A stretch of DNA of 64,000 nucleotides from Oscillospiraceae bacterium (GTDB taxonomy: Bacteria > Bacillota > Clostridia > Saccharofermentanales > Fastidiosipilaceae): the NCBI GenBank assembly GCA_028704415.1, contig JAQWFM010000002.1, forward strand, positions 3,966 to 67,965, read 5' to 3'. The notes under the pieces are model-generated. The model had not been told where the DNA came from. It saw only the letters and a program-made list of their open reading frames with translations, and did no database searches. The position numbers and the translations under genes were made by a program. Below are positions 23,600-33,440 of the stretch, in pieces (position 1 is the first letter of the stretch; every line of letters starts with the position of its first letter).

Positions 23600-23890
23600 A
23601 GGGCTCTCCTTTCGCCATGGCTGTCTATCAGTTAGTCAGTCAGTATATCAGTCTCTCTTATTATAGAGTGTGGATAGTATTTATAACTCTGTCCGAGCCC
23701 CTGGATAAAGGGCTTTGCGGACTTTTGGGGCTGTTGACAGCCTGTGGAAAAGTGCCGGAATTGATGTTGATCAATTATGCGGGGCAAGGATAAATTTTTG
23801 TCCACAGGTTTGTCCACAGTTGAATCATCCTCATTTCCATAATTTGTTGTGGATAAGCTGAAGCCGTCAACGCGACTTCAGGTTTTGAAT
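23600..23890. other. oriC: Chromosomal replication origin (oriC) candidate in the dnaA-dnaN spacer
   Basis: Five DnaA boxes against the consensus TTATCCACA/TGTGGATAA. TGTGGATAA at 23848-23856 is perfect. TTGTCCACA occurs at 23798-23806 and 23810-23818. TGTGGAAAA is at 23743-23751 and TGTGGATAG at 23669-23677. The last four have one mismatch each. An AT-rich stretch lies around 23640-23700. Confidence 0.75.
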
Positions 23891-25255
23891 CTAAACGGAG
23901 ATCCGCTTTTTGATCTCCTTGATGTCCTCTGCCAGACTGCCGTTGTCTGCCTTGAGGTCAGCTTCTATTTTGTCACAGTTATGCATGACGGTGGTATAGT
24001 GACGGTTGCCAAAGGCCTTGCCAATCTGTTCATATGATAAGTCCAGTACCTGGCGGCTTAAATACATGGCTACCTGCCGGGGATAGGCGACTTCCTTATT
24101 TTTGCGGGTAGAAACCAGGTCATGACTGCTGACCCCATAATAACGGGCGGTCACATCCATGATCAGTTCAGCTGTGACCTTACGGTTTTTGGCCGGACTG
24201 ATAATATCCTTAAGGGCCTCACGGGCAATGGGCAGTGACATTTCACCGGCCAGGAGTGAAAAGGCCATGACCGTTTTAAAGGCCCCTTCAAGCTCACGGA
24301 TATTGGAAGAGATATTGGAAGCTATGTAGTCAAAAACTTCCGGCGGACAACTGATATGGTTTAGCTGGGCCCGGTTTTTAAGGATTGCGACCCGCGTTTC
24401 ATAGTCCGGCGCCTGCACATCTACGATTAATCCGGAGGCAAAACGGGTCCGCAGCCGTTCCTCAAGCGTGACCAGACTTTGCGGCGGTTTGTCGCAGGTC
24501 AGGACAATGACACTGCCGGCCTCATACAGCGCATTGAATGTGTGGAAGAATTCTTCCTGAGTTTGTTCCTTACCTTCAATAAACTGAATATCATCAATCA
24601 GCAAAATATCACAGCGACGGTATTTTTTACGGAAATCATCATAAGTATTGGAGCTGATGGTGGAGATGAATTCATTCAGAAAGTTTTCACTTTGCACGTA
24701 AACAATCCGCTTTTCAGGGTGATGGGTATGGATATAGTTGCCGATAGCCTGAATCAGGTGGGTCTTGCCCAGACCTGAGCCGCCGTATAAAAATAAGGGG
24801 TTGTAATTGCGGCCGCCCGCCTCACGGGCAACGGCCTCACAGGCGGCATGAGCAAAGCGATTGCCGCTGCCGACTACGAAGGTGTCAAACGTCAACTGCG
24901 GATCCAGCTGAATCTGACCTAAAGCGGTGCCTTTGCCGGAAACCGCCGGTTTGGGCCGGACCGGCGGCTGCTGAGCCTGCTTTGTGCGGAGCTGATCAAT
25001 GTCTTCTGCCAGCAGGATCTCCGCTTCATAATGAGACGGCGCCACCAGATCCAGGTTTTCCTGAATCAGGGGCAGGTACTGACGGGTAAAGTCCGCATGA
25101 AAAGAGCTGGGCGCTTCCAAAATAAAGTGCTCATTAATGATACCGGCCGGCTTGAGGGCCTTAAACCAGGTATCAAAGGTAATTTTATCCGTACGGGACT
25201 GCAGCGCGTTCAGGGTGCCGTTCCAGATCTGGGTGCCGTTATCCGTCATGATCAT
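23891..25255 (-). CDS. dnaA: Chromosomal replication initiator DnaA
   Basis: AAA+ Walker A LFLYGGSGLGKTHL, LLIDDIQF, sensor/box VII region, and the C-terminal DNA-binding signature AYPRQVAMYLSRQ...IGKAFGNRHYTTVMH. Start at MIMTDNG (25255) or MTDNG (25249), both behind SD GGAGAAGG. The track start at 25375 is rejected. Confidence 0.95.
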   Translation of the reverse strand: MIMTDNGTQIWNGTLNALQSRTDKITFDTWFKALKPAGIINEHFILEAPSSFHADFTRQYLPLIQENLDLVAPSHYEAEILLAEDIDQLRTKQAQQPPVRPKPAVSGKGTALGQIQLDPQLTFDTFVVGSGNRFAHAACEAVAREAGGRNYNPLFLYGGSGLGKTHLIQAIGNYIHTHHPEKRIVYVQSENFLNEFISTISSNTYDDFRKKYRRCDILLIDDIQFIEGKEQTQEEFFHTFNALYEAGSVIVLTCDKPPQSLVTLEERLRTRFASGLIVDVQAPDYETRVAILKNRAQLNHISCPPEVFDYIASNISSNIRELEGAFKTVMAFSLLAGEMSLPIAREALKDIISPAKNRKVTAELIMDVTARYYGVSSHDLVSTRKNKEVAYPRQVAMYLSRQVLDLSYEQIGKAFGNRHYTTVMHNCDKIEADLKADNGSLAEDIKEIKKRISV

Positions 25256-25490
25256 CCTTCTCCGTATAAAATAGGCGCTCCCGGCACGCAGGGCTGGTGC
25301 AGGAAAGTGCCTAACGGTGTATAGCCTATCTATTTTAGCAGAGCCGGAGCCGTAATAAAACGGTAAAAAACGCATTTGTCAGTATTTGTCTATAGCTGCG
25401 GTGCCTTTGGCCGGCTGAAAAGACGCAAAATAAGGCGGTAAAGCTGCCTGAGGCAGCTAAAGCGGCGGGAAGTGACGCGGGAGGTAGGAT

Positions 25491-26207
25491 ATGAAAGCAG
25501 GGATCTTTGAGCTGGTCTTGTTGCTCATACTGCTATTTTGGGCTGTGGCGGCTCTAAAGGAATGGCGGCGCGGTGGTGGTCAGGCTGAGGAAAACTTGTT
25601 AGGGAACCGCTGGCCGGGCTGCCTGCGCTTTGGCCAGATAACATTTATCAGTCTGCTGCTGGGCGGGGAGTGGCTGCTGGCAGTTTATGCCAGGCAGGTA
25701 AGCAAGTCGCCAGTCAGTCCGGGCCTGCGCCTGACCGGGGCGTTTTTTGTCAGCGGTTTAATCATTATGGCTCTTTTTGACGGTTTGTTTCTGCGCTTGC
25801 CTAACCGGCTGCTCTTTAGGTTAGGCTGTGGCGGCTTGCTGCTGCAACCTGATCATAATACAACCGGCAAAGTTATCTCCTTACTGCTGCTGTTGCTGAC
25901 CGCGGTGATTTTAGAGCAGCCTGACTTAAAGCTGACTGATCACGGCGGCCTTGCGGCAGAGCAGCAGCCCAGTCGTCAAAAATCCAGATTGCGGCGGAGC
26001 AGTCTGGGCGGCGGAGATCTTAAATTACTGGCGATACTGCCGGTATTTGGCGGGGTCAGGACCGCGGCGGATTTACTGCTCAGGACCTGCCTGTTCCTGC
26101 TGGCCGGCTTTATGCTGCAGGCATTAATGCCGGATCACGGGCAGGAACAGCCGGGATTGCCGTTAGGCCCCTTTTGCCTGGCGGCGGCGCTGACGGGCGG
26201 TTTTTGA
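25491..26207 (+). CDS. A24-family prepilin-peptidase-like polytopic membrane protein
   Basis: Two aspartate motifs at the expected spacing: ALFDGLFLRLPN and GGGDLKLLAI, followed by a C-terminal PLGPFCLAAAL. SD GGGAGGT lies 5 nt before the ATG. Confidence 0.6.
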   Translation: MKAGIFELVLLLILLFWAVAALKEWRRGGGQAEENLLGNRWPGCLRFGQITFISLLLGGEWLLAVYARQVSKSPVSPGLRLTGAFFVSGLIIMALFDGLFLRLPNRLLFRLGCGGLLLQPDHNTTGKVISLLLLLLTAVILEQPDLKLTDHGGLAAEQQPSRQKSRLRRSSLGGGDLKLLAILPVFGGVRTAADLLLRTCLFLLAGFMLQALMPDHGQEQPGLPLGPFCLAAALTGGF

Positions 26208-26804
26208 CCGTCTTTTGACCAGGCGGATCAGAGCCAGCGGCAGCAGGACCGCCGCGGCGCCGGCCGTATTTAAAAGCAGGTCATTGATATCCACGACCCG
26301 GTAATTTTGACGGAAATAAAAATTAGCCAGCAGCTGAAAGCCTTCAATGCCCAGACTGGTCAGCAGACAGAGTACAAAAGCCCTCAGGCAGCTGAAATCA
26401 AAAAGCAGGCATAAAAAGAGGGCTTCGGGCATCAAAAGGATGAAGTTACCCAGATTATTGTATATAAACAGTAACAAAGCGTGATGCCTGCCCTGGGCCA
26501 GCTCGCGTAAAGAAAGGCGAAAAGAATATATAAGCGGCGTCAGCAGCCGGCGGTCAATTGAAGCCAGGACATCGGCCACGGTTGAACTGCCCTTGCTCTG
26601 CGGCAGCGGGAAAACGGTGAGTAAAAACGCGATACAGACGTAAAAAATAAAGCTGGCCAGCGCCAGGGAGCGCCCGATTTTTTTGCTGCGGACTAAGGAA
26701 AAGACCCCGGCTGCGGCTGCCGGAGCCAGACTCAGAAACAACCAGGTCTTAAAGCCCGGCTGAAGCTGCAGGAAAGCGTGGGTAAGTTTAGTGATCATAT
26801 CCAT
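26163..26804 (-). CDS. VanZ-like membrane protein
   Basis: VanZ-type pattern: IYNNLGNFILLMP ... GIEGFQLL ... RVVDINDLLLNTAGA. No clear SD. Its 3' end overlaps the convergent gene by 45 nt. Confidence 0.55.
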   Translation of the reverse strand: MDMITKLTHAFLQLQPGFKTWLFLSLAPAAAAGVFSLVRSKKIGRSLALASFIFYVCIAFLLTVFPLPQSKGSSTVADVLASIDRRLLTPLIYSFRLSLRELAQGRHHALLLFIYNNLGNFILLMPEALFLCLLFDFSCLRAFVLCLLTSLGIEGFQLLANFYFRQNYRVVDINDLLLNTAGAAAVLLPLALIRLVKRRSKTARQRRRQAKGA

Positions 26805-27025
26805 ATCGATTATTTTAGGCTTTGAACCGCAGCCAGGACAATCAAAATCAGGCTGGCTAAGTAAATCTTAATAAAAATTTCAGATTGTGAGCCAAATTGT
26901 AACGGCAGTCTGATGTTTGCATGCTATAATCTGCACTAAATCCAGATTGGACTGAGAGCAGACGGGTGAGACCCGGTTTAGCGTCAATAGTCTGCTTTCC
27001 AGCTATAAGGAGTAAAAATCAATAC

Positions 27026-27622
27026 ATGAATTTTCAGACTCATGTTTTTATGGGTAAGGTCATTGTAAAGGCAGTAAACCAGCGGATTGCCTTTCCAATC
27101 AAAGAAAAAGCTTTTGTAGCCGGTCATGTACTGGCAGATTACAGTCCTCTGATGTTTTTGCATCCTCATCTGGCGGTTTGTTCGCTGGACTATGTTCAGC
27201 GTAAAATCAGTATGCTCAGCGGTATAGATCTGGATATGGAGGCGCTTTTAGGCTCGGATATGCCGGCTTTTCAAATGGGGATGCTGACTCACTATATCTG
27301 TGACTTTTTTTGTTACGCCCATTCCGGGGTTGATTTTGGCAATGTGCGGGAACACCTGCAGTATGAGGATTTCCTGGATAACTACCGCCGGACCTGGGCG
27401 GAGGAACTGCGCGGCTTTGACTGGGGCGGACAGTTTGAACCGCTGACCTCAGTGGAGGACATTCAGGATTACCTGGAAAAGGCGGTTGCGGCCTATAACC
27501 AGGGCGGGCAGTCGGTAGAGAAGGATCTGACCCTGGCTATGGAAAACAGCGTCCGGATTTTACTGTCGGTTTCCAGGATCAGGCTCACTCAGAAACAGGC
27601 GGTTTTGGCCTGGCAAGTCTGA
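27026..27622 (+). CDS. Hypothetical protein (weak resemblance to zinc-dependent phospholipase C-like fold)
   Basis: Start at MNFQTHVF..., with AAGGAG 13 nt upstream. The His-rich pattern (THVF, GHVLAD, HPH, THYICDFFCYAH) is suggestive only. Confidence 0.4.
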   Translation: MNFQTHVFMGKVIVKAVNQRIAFPIKEKAFVAGHVLADYSPLMFLHPHLAVCSLDYVQRKISMLSGIDLDMEALLGSDMPAFQMGMLTHYICDFFCYAHSGVDFGNVREHLQYEDFLDNYRRTWAEELRGFDWGGQFEPLTSVEDIQDYLEKAVAAYNQGGQSVEKDLTLAMENSVRILLSVSRIRLTQKQAVLAWQV

Positions 27623-27783
27623 GCAAAGACACGGTTTTTTTATGATCTGAAGGGCTCAATGAATGCGGCTCAGTCAGCCTGTTGTCAGCCGGGTGCGGAC
27701 AGCAGGTTACCGGCGCGCGGCTTTTTCAATGCTATAATATCATTTAATATGGCATATTCTGAGAAAGGTATGGATCAATTGAG

Positions 27784-29592
27784 ATGACAGATAATAAAAA
27801 AACGCTGGTGTCAAGACAAGCGGCGGATCCGGCTCAGACCTGGGATGTCAAACAGATTTTCGCCTCTGATCAGGCCTGGCTTGAAGCTTTTGACGCACTT
27901 ATAAAGCGATTGCCTGATTTTAATGAATTTAAGGGTAAACTGGGGGAATCCGCCGGGACTTTGCTGCGGGCGCTGCAACAACAGACGGAGTTGTCCGTCC
28001 CTCTGGGCAAAATTTACGTTTACGCTCATCTTCGGCATGATGAGGATACGGCCAATCCGGCCTATATAGAACTGCAGGGCAAGGCCATGACGCTCCTGGC
28101 TCAGGCTTCCGCCGCCTTCTCCTTTGTAGACCCTGAACTGGCGGAAATACCGGAGGCGACACTGGAGCGCTTTACGCAGCAGGAGCCGGCTCTGGAGCAA
28201 TACCGGCATTTGTTTGCCAACCTCACCCGTAATGCCAGCCATATCCTGAGTGATCAGGAGGAGTATCTGCTGGCGCAGTTAAGCGAAGCGCTCAACGCCA
28301 GCTCCAACACCTTTTCCACCCTTAATGACTCCGATTTTGTCTTTCCCTCCGTAAAGGATGAACAGGGAACCGCGATCGAATTGAATCACGCGGTTTACGG
28401 CACCTTGCTGGAAAGCCAGGACCGCAGGGTCCGTCAGGACGCTTTTCAGGGACTTTATAAGGTCTATCAGCAGTTTCGCAATACTCTGGCCTCGACCTTG
28501 TCCGGGGAGGTAAAAGGGCATAACGCGCTGGCAAAAATACGCCGCTTTCCTACCGCAAGGGCGGCGGCGCTGTTTCAGAATAATATTCCGGAAGCGGTAT
28601 ATGATAACCTGGTTGCGACGGTCAATGAGCATCTGGATTTACTGCATCGCTACGTCCGCCTGCGCCAAAAGGCGCTGGGCTTAGAGGAGCTGCACAGTTA
28701 TGATCTTTATGTTTCGCTGGTAAAAGACGTCGATGTGCATTACAGCTTTGAGGCTGCCTGTGACCTGATGCTCAAGGCGCTGGAACCGCTGGGTGAAACT
28801 TACCTGGCGGTGGTGCGCCGGGCCTTAAAAGAGCGCTGGATTGATTATGTCCCTAACAAAGGCAAACGGTCCGGGGCTTACTCAAGCGGGACCTATGGCA
28901 CCTATCCTTATATCCTGATGAGCTGGCAGGGGACGCTGGACAATGTCTTTACCCTGGTGCATGAGATGGGCCATAGTGTGCATTCTTACTTTACCCGGGA
29001 AAACCAGCCCTATCACTATGCGGATTATTCGATCTTCCTGGCGGAGATTGCTTCCACCACCAATGAGAACCTGCTGACCGCCTATTTACTGAAAACGGAG
29101 ACAGATCCGAGACTGCGTGCCTATGTGGTCAATCATTACCTGGATGGCTTCAAGGGTACGGTGTTCCGGCAGACCCAGTTTGCGGAGTTTGAGCATTTGA
29201 TTCATAAAGCTGATCAGGAGGGCGAAGCTCTTACGGCAGACTTTATGAGTGAGGCATATGCCAGGATCAACCGGCGCTATTATGGGGCGGCGCTCACTGA
29301 GGATCCGGAAATCAAGCTGGAATGGTCCCGCATCCCGCACTTTTACTACAATTATTATGTATTCCAATATGCGACCGGCTTCAGCGCGGCTACAGCTTTC
29401 AGCCAGGCGGTGTTAAATGAGGGCAGCCCCGCGGTGGAACGTTATATAGGTTATCTTAAGGCCGGTAATTCTGATTACCCGCTCAATGTCCTGAAAAAGG
29501 CCGGACTGGACATGAGCCGGCCCGCTCCGGTGGCGGCGGCCTTAAAGACATTTGGCCAGTATCTGGAGGAGCTGGAACAGACCACCTTATAA
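27784..29592 (+). CDS. pepF: Oligoendopeptidase F (M3B)
   Basis: Zinc motif LVHEMGHSVH, a downstream FLAEIAST glutamate, and the M3B length of 602 aa. Confidence 0.9.
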   Translation: MTDNKKTLVSRQAADPAQTWDVKQIFASDQAWLEAFDALIKRLPDFNEFKGKLGESAGTLLRALQQQTELSVPLGKIYVYAHLRHDEDTANPAYIELQGKAMTLLAQASAAFSFVDPELAEIPEATLERFTQQEPALEQYRHLFANLTRNASHILSDQEEYLLAQLSEALNASSNTFSTLNDSDFVFPSVKDEQGTAIELNHAVYGTLLESQDRRVRQDAFQGLYKVYQQFRNTLASTLSGEVKGHNALAKIRRFPTARAAALFQNNIPEAVYDNLVATVNEHLDLLHRYVRLRQKALGLEELHSYDLYVSLVKDVDVHYSFEAACDLMLKALEPLGETYLAVVRRALKERWIDYVPNKGKRSGAYSSGTYGTYPYILMSWQGTLDNVFTLVHEMGHSVHSYFTRENQPYHYADYSIFLAEIASTTNENLLTAYLLKTETDPRLRAYVVNHYLDGFKGTVFRQTQFAEFEHLIHKADQEGEALTADFMSEAYARINRRYYGAALTEDPEIKLEWSRIPHFYYNYYVFQYATGFSAATAFSQAVLNEGSPAVERYIGYLKAGNSDYPLNVLKKAGLDMSRPAPVAAALKTFGQYLEELEQTTL

Positions 29593-29656
29593 TGTGGCCG
29601 GTAAGCCATTTAGCCTCAAAGCCCCATAAAGTTCAACCAAAGCAGAGAAAGGAGCT

Positions 29657-30451
29657 ATGATGAAGAAAGCCTATCGCTGCCTGTTACTGGACGCAGATGA
29701 CACCTTATTTGATTTCAGACGATCGGAACGGCAAGCCGTGCATTGTCTGTTAAAGGAAGCCGGCCTGCCTACCACCCCGGAAATCCTGGATAAATACGCT
29801 GTCATTAATCTGGAGCTGTGGAAACAGCTGGAAACCGGCGGCATTAACCGGCAGCAGCTGCTGGACCAGCGCTTTACCCGTTTGCTGGCTTATTTAAAAA
29901 GCGAAGCCAGGTGGCATCCGGAATGGCAGCTGGAGGAGCAGCTTTGGGACCGGCTGGATGGCAGTCAATTAAATAAGCGTTATCTGGATTTTCTTTGTGA
30001 ATGCTCCTATTTGATGCCGGAGGCAGATGAGGTCTGTCATTATTTAAAAAATGAGTATCCGCTGGTGCTGATTACCAACGGCGTCCAGCGTTCGCAGCAA
30101 AGCCGCCTGGCCGCGTCAGCCATAGCCGATTGCTTCAGCGCGGTCTATGTTTCGGAAACGGTGGGCTGCAACAAGCCGGATCCGCGCTTTTTTGGCTTTG
30201 TCATGCAAGACATCAGGGTGACTGATCCCTCGGAACTGCTGGTTATCGGCGACTCGCTGAGCTCTGATATTCAGGGGGGCCTGAATGCCGGTATCCCGAC
30301 TTGCTGGTATAATCCCTACAAAATGAATTTGCCGCGGGATGCTGAAGGAAATATACAGGGGCCGCAGCCGGATTACATTATTCACCATTTAAAGGATCTG
30401 ATCCCGCTGCTGGGGCTGCCGCAACCGTCTCCGGCCCGGCTGCCGCAGTGA
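29657..30451 (+). CDS. HAD-IA family hydrolase (YjjG-like nucleotidase/phosphatase)
   Basis: Motif I LLDADDTLFDF, motif II ITNG, motif IV GDSLSSDIQGG. The second ATG at 29660 has better SD spacing. Confidence 0.8.
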   Translation: MMKKAYRCLLLDADDTLFDFRRSERQAVHCLLKEAGLPTTPEILDKYAVINLELWKQLETGGINRQQLLDQRFTRLLAYLKSEARWHPEWQLEEQLWDRLDGSQLNKRYLDFLCECSYLMPEADEVCHYLKNEYPLVLITNGVQRSQQSRLAASAIADCFSAVYVSETVGCNKPDPRFFGFVMQDIRVTDPSELLVIGDSLSSDIQGGLNAGIPTCWYNPYKMNLPRDAEGNIQGPQPDYIIHHLKDLIPLLGLPQPSPARLPQ

Positions 30452-30481
30452 ACGATTGGTCCGGGAGGGAAGCGCTGTCAC

Positions 30482-31987
30482 ATGAATCTGGCTGAAACCT
30501 ATGAAAACCGAGCTGAACTGCTGGGCCGGTATCGGCTTAACTGGCCGACCTTGCTGACCCCGGAGCGGATCCGGCCTTCGCATCATGAGCAGGATCTGGA
30601 TACGCGCAATGTGTTTGAGCAGGATTATCACCGCATTATCCTGAGCGCGTCGTTCCGGCGCCTGCAGGATAAAACTCAGGTTTTCCCGCTGGATCAGTCA
30701 GACTTTGTCCGCACCCGGCTGACCCATTCGCTGGAGGTCAGCTCGCTGGCGCGGTCCCTGGGACAAACGGTGGCGCATGAGCTCTACTTTCGCAATCTGG
30801 ATCCCAGTTTAAGCCCGGAGCTGGAGCGGGAGTTATGTGATCTGCTGCTGGCTGCAGGGCTGGTGCATGATATTGGCAATCCGCCCTTTGGTCATTATGG
30901 CGAAACCACCATCCGCGATTGGTTTCGCCGCCATCTGCCGCAGCTGCGGTATCATGACCGCAGTTTAGCGGAGTGGCTGTCGCCGGCCAGGCAGGCGGAT
31001 TTTTTACAGTTTGAGGGTAATGCTCAGGCCCTGAGAGTTTTATGCAAGCTGCATTTTCTGGTGGATGAACATGGGATGAATCTGACCCTGCCTCTGCTGC
31101 ACACTTTGATTAAGTATCCGGTAGCGTCCACCCGGATCCAGCCGCTGAGTCCGGACATCCGCTTTCACAAAATGGGCTATTTTCAGGCGGAGCAGGCCCT
31201 GTTTGACCGCATTACCACCTGCTGCGGCACCCGATTGGGCAAGGATCCCCTTGAAGCCGGTTGCCGGCATCCGCTGACCTATCTGCTGGAAGCTGCGGAT
31301 GATATATCCTACCGGACCGCGGATATTGAGGACGCTTACAAAAAGGGCCGCTTTACTTACGGCCAGCTTTGGGACGAATTACAGGGCAGCAGCAGGCTCC
31401 GGGAGGCAACGGCCCGTGACCGGGCGGATTACCTGGATCTGGTGGCTAAGCTGCCGGAGCTGCTCCGGCAGGCGGATGGGCGGGAGATCAAAAATCCGGA
31501 ATTATATGCCCTGCAAAACTGGCTGGTCCGGGTCCAAAGCCGTATGATCCAGGAGAGCAGCCAGGCATTTTGCGATAACTACGCGGCCATTATGAATGGC
31601 AGCTTTCAGCAGGAACTGTTTCGTGGCACGGGCCAACTGATGATGGCAATCCTGGGCGATATTGCCACGCGTTATGTGTTCAGATCAAGACTGATCGTGC
31701 AGCTTGAAATTGCGGCCAACACGATTATCAGCGGCTTGCTGGACAAATTTATCCCGGCTTGCCTGTATTGGGATACGGCCGATTTTGGCAGTTTGTCCTC
31801 GTCTTTGGAACCGCGGCTGATGGAAATTGTCTCAGACAATTATAAGGCCAGTTACCGGTTTTACGCCCAGGGACAGGATGAGGCCGGCAGACTCTATCTC
31901 AGACTGCTGCTGATAACAGACTATATTTGCGGGATGACCGACAGCTTTGCCAAAACGCTGTATCAAAAGATTAACGGGATTTACTAG
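30482..31987 (+). CDS. dgt: dGTP triphosphohydrolase-like HD-domain protein
   Basis: FRRLQDKTQVF, RLTHSLEVSSLARSLG, LVHDIGNPPFGHYGE, and C-terminal ITDYICGMTDSFA. Confidence 0.85.
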   Translation: MNLAETYENRAELLGRYRLNWPTLLTPERIRPSHHEQDLDTRNVFEQDYHRIILSASFRRLQDKTQVFPLDQSDFVRTRLTHSLEVSSLARSLGQTVAHELYFRNLDPSLSPELERELCDLLLAAGLVHDIGNPPFGHYGETTIRDWFRRHLPQLRYHDRSLAEWLSPARQADFLQFEGNAQALRVLCKLHFLVDEHGMNLTLPLLHTLIKYPVASTRIQPLSPDIRFHKMGYFQAEQALFDRITTCCGTRLGKDPLEAGCRHPLTYLLEAADDISYRTADIEDAYKKGRFTYGQLWDELQGSSRLREATARDRADYLDLVAKLPELLRQADGREIKNPELYALQNWLVRVQSRMIQESSQAFCDNYAAIMNGSFQQELFRGTGQLMMAILGDIATRYVFRSRLIVQLEIAANTIISGLLDKFIPACLYWDTADFGSLSSSLEPRLMEIVSDNYKASYRFYAQGQDEAGRLYLRLLLITDYICGMTDSFAKTLYQKINGIY

Positions 31988-32105
31988 CCGGCGGGCAAGA
32001 TGAGCCTGACCGGGGGAGCGGTCAGACCAACGCCGGCCGCAGTCGGCAGGTAAAAAGCCGCCGGCCGCTAAAAAGCTGCCGGCAGACAGAAATGGAAGGC
32101 AATTA

Positions 32106-33383
32106 TTGACAGTGACAGCAATTAACGGACAACAGGGCTCCGGCCGGCCGCAGTTTAAGCTCAGCGCCAAGGGCCAGCGGGCCCTGACCGCCGGACACCC
32201 CTGGGTATATGCGGCCGAGCTGAGCCCGGCGGGGGAGTCTGACCTGGAACGGGCGGAGGCAGATAATGGCGGGCTGGTAGATGTCGCCGGCACCCGCGGG
32301 CAGTACCTGGGCAGCGGCTTTTACAGCGCCAAAAGTAAAATCCGGGTCCGGCTGGTGACCCGCAATGCCAATGACCGGCCGGAAGACCCGGCTTTCTGGC
32401 AACGCCGCCTGCAGTACGCCTGGCAGTACCGCCGGGCCGTGCTGCGGGCAGAAGACCTGCTGTGCTGCCGGCTGATCTTTGGCGAAGCGGATCAGTTCCC
32501 CGGCCTGACGGTGGATCGCTATAACGATATCCTGGTGGCCCAGACGCTGTCGGTGGGCATGGAGCGGCTGAAACCGGTCATTTTTACGCAATTGTGCGAG
32601 CTGCTGCGCCAGGACGGGCAGACCATCCACGCGGTGTATGAACGCAATGATGTGAGCCTGAGAGAAAAAGAAGGTCTGCCCCAATATAAAGGGTTTTGGC
32701 CTGAAACCGGCGGCGCGGCGGCTGCGGCGGCCGCGGCAGGCTCTACCATTATCAGTGAAAACGGGGTCCGCTTTGAGGTGGACTATGTGGCGGGGCAAAA
32801 GACGGGCTATTTTTTAGATCAAAAGAAAACCCGGCAGGCGGTGGCGGAACTGGCCGCTTCCAGAAGGGTGCTGGATTGTTTTACCCACACCGGTTCCTTT
32901 GCCCTGAATGCGGCCCGCGGCGGCGCAGTAAGCGTTACTGCGGTAGACAGCAGCAGGCTGGCGCTGCAGCAGGCGGCCGCCAATGAAGCACTGAATGACT
33001 TTGCCACCAAGGTTGACTGGGTTGAAGCGGATGTCTTTGATTTTTTGCCTCAGCTGGGCCGGCGGGCGCCGTATGATTTTGTGATTCTGGATCCGCCGGC
33101 CTTTGCGAAAAGCCGCCGGGTCGTTGGACAGGCACTGAAAGGGTATAAGGAAATTAATTACCGGGCCATGAAAGCCCTGCCGCGGGGCGGCTATCTGGCT
33201 ACGGCCAGTTGCAGCCATTTTGTCAGCCCGGAAGACTTTGCCGCCATGCTGGGCGCCGCGGCCAGGGACGCGGCAGTAGAGCTCCGGCAGATTGCCTATA
33301 TGCAGCAGGCCCCGGATCATCCAATCTTGCTGAACGTGCCGGAAACAGCTTATTTGAAATTTTACCTGTTCCAGGTGGTATAA
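32106..33383 (+). CDS. Class I SAM-dependent rRNA m5C methyltransferase (RlmI/YwbD-like, PUA plus MTase)
   Basis: LTVDRYNDILVAQ, QKTGYFLDQK, VLDCFTHTGSFAL (SAM motif I), VILDPPAFAKS (motif IV). TTG start with GGAAGG upstream. It contains an internal Ala8 run. Confidence 0.8.
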   Translation: MTVTAINGQQGSGRPQFKLSAKGQRALTAGHPWVYAAELSPAGESDLERAEADNGGLVDVAGTRGQYLGSGFYSAKSKIRVRLVTRNANDRPEDPAFWQRRLQYAWQYRRAVLRAEDLLCCRLIFGEADQFPGLTVDRYNDILVAQTLSVGMERLKPVIFTQLCELLRQDGQTIHAVYERNDVSLREKEGLPQYKGFWPETGGAAAAAAAAGSTIISENGVRFEVDYVAGQKTGYFLDQKKTRQAVAELAASRRVLDCFTHTGSFALNAARGGAVSVTAVDSSRLALQQAAANEALNDFATKVDWVEADVFDFLPQLGRRAPYDFVILDPPAFAKSRRVVGQALKGYKEINYRAMKALPRGGYLATASCSHFVSPEDFAAMLGAAARDAAVELRQIAYMQQAPDHPILLNVPETAYLKFYLFQVV

Positions 33384-33440
33384 GGCTGCTGGCAGTCTGA
33401 GTCTGAGCCTGAGAACAGCTGCGCGGGAGGCGCATAATCA

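Noticed and set aside
23640-23700. Tried to identify DnaA-trio repeats next to the DnaA boxes.
   Set aside because: The flanks show a 4-nt periodic AGTC/AGTA run (about 23636-23650) and ATC/CTC triplets (about 23825-23845), but nothing that clearly fits the 3'-GAT-5' trio register. This is left as an open check rather than a claim.
23632-24037. Small ORFs 23632-23817 (-) and 23849-24037 (+) in and around the dnaA-dnaN spacer.
   Set aside because: They overlap the DnaA-box cluster and the 3' end of dnaA, and have no SD or family resemblance.
26931-27025. Hairpin-rich 5' region (AGCAGAC...GTCTGCT with an inner CGGG/CCCG stem) downstream of a TGcTATAAT promoter-like element, considered as a riboswitch. 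A similar structured leader lies at about 34975-35091.
   Set aside because: I could not match either to the conserved cores of known riboswitch classes (purine, preQ1, ZTP, SAM, TPP, FMN). The structures are short and could be incidental.
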